Source: Phycisphaerae bacterium (GTDB lineage Bacteria > Planctomycetota > Phycisphaerae > UBA1845). From it: a DNA stretch of 64,000 nucleotides. The stretch spans positions 1,696,001-1,760,000 of the forward strand of contig CAXXGO010000001.1 of assembly GCA_963666835.2 (NCBI GenBank), in the 5' to 3' direction. Positions within the stretch are counted from its first letter, which is position 1. Every line of letters starts with the position of its first letter. The translations under genes were made by a program, and so were the position numbers. Shown piece by piece: positions 59,737-64,000 of this stretch. The notes under the pieces were generated by a model that saw only the letters and a list, made by a program, of their open reading frames with translations, made no database searches and was not told the origin of the DNA.

Positions 59737-60141
59737 CTAGATGCCCTCGGGTGAGCGGTCCGAGCCGGTACTGAGCAGCCCGGCCAACTCCGCCAACTGG
59801 AACGGCTTTTCGATGCAGCGGATCTCGTCTGCCAGTGTGCTAGCCAAGTCCAACCCTGTCACTGTCCGGACGACTCGGGCCTGAGCGTTACGTTCACGGG
59901 CGCGTCTCTCCAGCGCTGTGATGGAGTCGATAGGCAACTGGTCTGAGGTGACTACCGCGTCGATGGCGTGATCGTCCAGAATGCGGTCGGCAGCCTCCAC
60001 CGATTCAACCGGGAACACGTCGTACCATTTACTCAGATACGTAGCCAGGGACCACCTCAGCAGAGCCTCCGGCTCCACAATGAGCAGGTATCCCACGCGT
60101 CCGTGGGGCAGGTGTCTATCGCCAGGGTGTTCCTCTGCCAC
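59737..60141 (-). CDS. atypical single-domain response regulator
   Basis: GGAAGGAG RBS before GTG; LIVEPEALLRWSL, DAVVTSDQLP, IEKPF. Confidence 0.78.
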   Translation of the reverse strand: MAEEHPGDRHLPHGRVGYLLIVEPEALLRWSLATYLSKWYDVFPVESVEAADRILDDHAIDAVVTSDQLPIDSITALERRARERNAQARVVRTVTGLDLASTLADEIRCIEKPFQLAELAGLLSTGSDRSPEGI

Positions 60142-60169
60142 GATGTGGCTCCTTCCGTTCGCTTGCCCT

Positions 60170-60185
60170 TGCACACGCCGTGCCA
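60170..60185 (-). promoter_or_regulatory. sigma-54 promoter of the receiver-hyp operon
   Basis: The minus strand reads TGGCACGGCGTGTGCA (GG-N10-GC), about 30 nt before the GTG start. Confidence 0.7.
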
Positions 60186-60456
60186 AGCCTACCCAGATGG
60201 GGCGAGTGCGGATCTGATCAGTCCGCCGGATCCGCGGGTGAGGCTCGCGGCGGCGGCTGAAAATGGGATGCCGGCAACAGCCGCGATGCTAGGAATGACT
60301 CTCCCGCTTCGGCCACGAACTCCAGTGGAGAAGGTCTATTTGGTGCATGAGTGTCTTGCCCTTGTGGATTCGACGAAGGGAGCCCGCGGATCGAAGCAGT
60401 CCGCCGGACACGCGAAGCGCGGTATCGTGCGACGCCACGTTGAATATAATACCCCG

Positions 60457-61665
60457 ATGGACCGGGATCTGTTTGATAAGTTCAAGTTGCAGTTGGATTT
60501 TGGCCCGCAGGATGTCGCCAACATGGTCGATGTGGCTGACACGTTTAGGCCGGTTGTTGGCGATGTTGTGGAGCGGTTTGTCCAAAGCATCCTCGGCGGC
60601 CCGGAGTCGCCGACCTTGCTGTCCGGGGGGGAGCCTCAGGTCGCGCGCCTACGGGAGCTGCTCAGATCCTGGCTGGAGCGTCTGTTCGATGAGACCATCG
60701 ACCTTGGGCGGTGTGAGCGTTTGCGGGCCCTAGGTGGCGCCCACGTTCGGGCGGGCGTGCCTCAGCATCTGCTCATCGCCGGGGTGGAGATGGTCTGGGG
60801 GGAGTTCGAGAGAACTGCCCGGGCGGCGGTATCGCTCCCGACGGATCGGGCACTCAGGTCCTTCCACAAGCTGTTGATGCTGGATCTGACCGTGATCCTG
60901 GCGGGCTACGAGGAACAGTACGCTGAGAAGGTCAGGAAGTCGGAACGGAGTGCGGTCGAGGAGAAGTTGACGCGCGCGGAGCATCTGGCGGAGATAGGGC
61001 AGTTGGCTGCTTCTTTGGCGCACGAGATCAAGAACCCGTTGGCGGGGATCAGCGGGGCGATCCAGATCATCCGCGATGCCATGTCACTGGATGATCCACA
61101 CCAGCCGATCATCACGGAGATTCTGTCGCAGATCAATCGGCTCGATGATACGGTCAAGGACCTGCTGCAGTACGCCCGTCCGACTCCGCCGCGTCTTAGC
61201 GCTTTCACCATGGATCAGGTTGTAGATCGGGTAATGAAGGTGCTACGGACGGAGCCGGCATTGCGGCGGGTGCGAGTTGAGTGTGGGCGAGTTCCCCCGG
61301 ATGTGTCGGTCTATGCCGATGACGCTCAGATTGAACAACTTATCATCAATCTAGTGCTAAACGCGGCTCATGCCTCTGAGGGTGAAGGGGGCATCCAATT
61401 GGCCGTCAGTGAAGAAGACGAAAGCGTGACTCTCGTGGTCAAGGATCACGGCAAGGGAATGTCGGAAGAAGTCCGCGAGCAGGCCTTCGAGCCCTTCTTC
61501 ACGACGAAAGCCCGGGGGACCGGTTTAGGGCTGTCCATTTGCAAGCGGATTGCCGAAGCGCATGGGGGCAGGATCGGAATGGCCAGCGAGCTTGGGCGCG
61601 GAACCGCAGTGACCGTTGTGCTGCCGCGCCGCGCACCGCATACGTTGCCTGAGGATAAGAGATGA
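60457..61665 (+). CDS. globin-coupled sensor histidine kinase
   Basis: Protoglobin-like N-terminus (WLERLF...[11 protein letters not shown]); [31 protein letters not shown]. Confidence 0.88.
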   Translation: MDRDLFDKFKLQLDFGPQDVANMVDVADTFRPVVGDVVERFVQSILGGPESPTLLSGGEPQVARLRELLRSWLERLFDETIDLGRCERLRALGGAHVRAGVPQHLLIAGVEMVWGEFERTARAAVSLPTDRALRSFHKLLMLDLTVILAGYEEQYAEKVRKSERSAVEEKLTRAEHLAEIGQLAASLAHEIKNPLAGISGAIQIIRDAMSLDDPHQPIITEILSQINRLDDTVKDLLQYARPTPPRLSAFTMDQVVDRVMKVLRTEPALRRVRVECGRVPPDVSVYADDAQIEQLIINLVLNAAHASEGEGGIQLAVSEEDESVTLVVKDHGKGMSEEVREQAFEPFFTTKARGTGLGLSICKRIAEAHGGRIGMASELGRGTAVTVVLPRRAPHTLPEDKR

Positions 61666-63024
61666 CTGTTCGAGTTCTCATAGTCGAAGATGAAAAGCTG
61701 ATTCAATGGTCTCTGCGACAGAAGTTCGAGGCTCGGGGGTTTCAGGTGACCGGCGTCGAGGACGGCGAGAGCGGGCTCGCGGAGCTTGACCGCAACACCT
61801 TCGACTTAATTATGCTCGACTACAAGCTGCCGGACATCACCGGTTTGGATGTCCTCCGCAAGCTCCGGGCGATGGACGGCGACGTGGTCGTAATCATGAT
61901 GACGGCGTACTCGAGCATCGAAAGCGCGGTCGATGCCATCAAGCTGGGGGCATACGACTACGTCACCAAGCCGTTCGACATGGACGATTTGCTTCGCACG
62001 GCCGACAAGGCTCTGGAGACCACCAAGCTCAGACGCGAGGTTAGGGAGCTGCGGCGGCATATTCACCACGAGTACGGAATCGACCGGATAATCGGGCGGC
62101 ACCCGTGCATGCTGGAGATGTTCGACGTGATCGACCGGGTCGCCAGGAGCGGGGCATCGACGGTGTTTTTGCGGGGGGATTCGGGTACGGGTAAGGATCT
62201 GGTTGCTCGGGTAATTCACTACAACTCCGATCGGGCTCCGCGCCCCTTCATGAACATCACCTGTACGGCGCTGTCCGAGACCTTGCTCGAGAGCGAGTTG
62301 TTCGGACACGAGAAGGGGGGCGTTCACCGATGCGAAAACGGCGAAGAAGGGCCTTTTTGAGTTGGCCACCGGGGGCACGATCTTCCTCGACGAGGTCGGG
62401 GATATGCCGTTGGGATTGCAGGCCAAGCTTCTTCGCTTCTTGGAAGAGAGGACGTTCCGCAGGGTCGGGGGTACGACGGAGATTTCCGTCGATGTCCGGG
62501 TCATTGCGGCAACCAACCGCGATATAGAAGAGGCTATCGATCAGGGGAATTTCCGCGGTGATCTGATGTACCGGTTGAACGTGATCCCGATCTACCTGCC
62601 CCCGCTTTGTGAGCGGGGTGATGATACCAAGCTCCTTGCCCAGTATTTCGTTGCCCAGTTCGCCGGCGAGTTTCGCAAGCCCATGACGGAAATCGATGAG
62701 GCGGCGTACGAGAAGCTGCTGGGGTATTCCTGGCCTGGGAACGTGCGGGAGCTGCGTAATGTCATGGAGAGGGCGGTGTTGCTCTCTCGCGGAACGGTTT
62801 TGGGAGCGGATGACGTCGTGCTCGGTCGTGCCGATCAGACGCCGGGCAGCGCCGAGACCGGGTTTGTGCTGCCGACGCGGGGGCTGGACCTGCGCGAGTT
62901 GGAGAGCAACCTGATGCGTCAGGCGTTAGCCCGTGCGAAGAACAACCAGACGCAGGCGGCAAAGCTCCTGCGCCTCAGCCGCGACTCCTTCCGCTACCGC
63001 CTGGAGAAGCTGGGTCTGCTGTGA
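61662..63024 (+). CDS. sigma-54-dependent response regulator (NtrC/AtoC type), one frameshift as assembled
   Basis: Receiver, [19 protein letters not shown](A)[20 protein letters not shown], Fis HTH. One extra G in the G6 run at 62315-62320. Confidence 0.9.
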
Positions 63025-63239
63025 GTCACCACCGCAACGATGGGAAAGGACGGGCTTCCAGCCATCCGAAGAACCAGGCTGATACCCATTCTGCCGGGTG
63101 CCATGGCCCACGCTTGCGTGGCCATGAACGATGGGGGCGACTACGGCTGGGTGCGTGGGTGCCCGCGTCACGCCCCACGGGCCAACAAGTTGTCCCGTGA
63201 CACCTTCGTGTCACCCCTCGTGGGACATCGGTGGCGGGC

Positions 63240-63761
63240 GTGGGGCACGGTCGAGGCGCGAGACCTGCCATCACGCGTGGCACGGGCAGGGGTAGCTCGT
63301 GCGCAAAGCGTTTTATCGCGCACCTGGCGGTTTCGCGCGTCAGGCATGGACGCTCGCAGCTTGCGCGAGAAGGCCATTCCTACCGCAACCCGCGATCCTT
63401 ACGCGACATGCATTTCTTTTGTGGCAGGTATCGTACCTCGACCTGCCCTACAAAAGGTTACACCGATGAGGCACACGCCTACTATGGTTTTGCACTGCTT
63501 ATGAGCAAGGGCGCACCCGGAAATCCGGGTGTGACGGCGCACCAGATCCTCGCGCGACATGCGTTTTTGCGGCAGGTCTCGTACCTCGACCTGCCCTACA
63601 GAAGGTGACACCGATGAGGCACACGCCTACTATGGTTTTGCACTGCTTATGAGCAAGGGCGCACCCGGAAATCCGGGTGTGACGGCGCACCAGATCCTCG
63701 CGCGACATGCGTTTTTGCGGCAGGTCTCGTACCTCGACCTGCCCTACAGAAGGTGACACCG
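63240..63761. repeat. REP-based tandem array (148-bp period) with one inverted REP copy
   Basis: GTACCTCGACCTGCCCTACA recurs at 63433, 63581 and 63729; a degenerate inverted copy lies at 63240-63269. Confidence 0.88.
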
Positions 63762-63853
63762 GTTACGCATACGCCCGCTGCGCGTTTATGCGAACGCCAT
63801 GAATAATCCGGCCTGACTCTGCAAACAGCCCGTTGGGCTCAGGGCTCTTGCGC

Positions 63854-64000
63854 CTACTGAGCCGCCTGTGCCGCCGGAAGGAAGACCAGCGTGACCGCAA
63901 TGAAGATGGGCACGAGGATCGCGATGCTGTAGAGCATGTAGCCGAAGAAGCTCGGCATCCGAATGCCCGACTGTTCCGCGATGCTCTTGACCATGAAGTT
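63854..64000 (-). CDS. C-terminus of a putative sodium:proton antiporter / citrate-transporter-like membrane protein (partial)
   Basis: The minus strand reads [40 protein letters not shown], then TAG. Confidence 0.75.
   Translation of the reverse strand, partial: NFMVKSIAEQSGIRMPSFFGYMLYSIAILVPIFIAVTLVFLPAAQAAQ

Noticed and set aside
59968..60456. 163-aa N-terminal extension of the sensor kinase in the ORF track
   Set aside because: It overlaps the divergent gene and its promoter; the globin domain begins at the ATG at 60457.
63393..63761. CRISPR array
   Set aside because: The spacers are identical, the period is 148 bp and there are no cas genes.

Overview
GC-rich bacterial chromosome segment, most likely Planctomycetota/Phycisphaerae (inferred from gene content, not tested). 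From left to right: (1) an acyl-CoA catabolic operon with three acyl-CoA dehydrogenases, 3-hydroxyacyl-CoA dehydrogenase, enoyl-CoA hydratase, an isobutyryl-CoA-mutase-type large subunit and a B12-binding/MeaB fusion; (2) a TMTC-like TPR membrane protein; (3) four paralogous secreted Cys/Asp-rich modular proteins sharing a C-terminal dockerin-like domain (two in tandem at 11.3-15.8 kb, a 1619-aa version at 26-31 kb, and a minimal version split by an IS1595 element); (4) AI-2E and TolC genes, an IS4 element inserted in a REP palindrome, a receiver/dikinase-like gene and gdhA with a sigma-54 promoter; (5) tRNA-Leu, housekeeping and hypothetical genes, an exosortase pair, rsmJ, lepB and two HD-GYP proteins; (6) a pseudo-receiver/truncated hypF/hypC/hypD/hypE operon with a sigma-54 promoter, divergent from a globin-coupled histidine kinase and a sigma-54 activator; (7) a REP-containing 148-bp tandem repeat. 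The best novelty candidates are the secreted paralog family, whose tandem copies are near-identical except for one loop-variable domain, and the haem-sensor-linked hyp module. All calls come from reading motifs by eye; no database search was run. Some frameshifts look like assembly errors.
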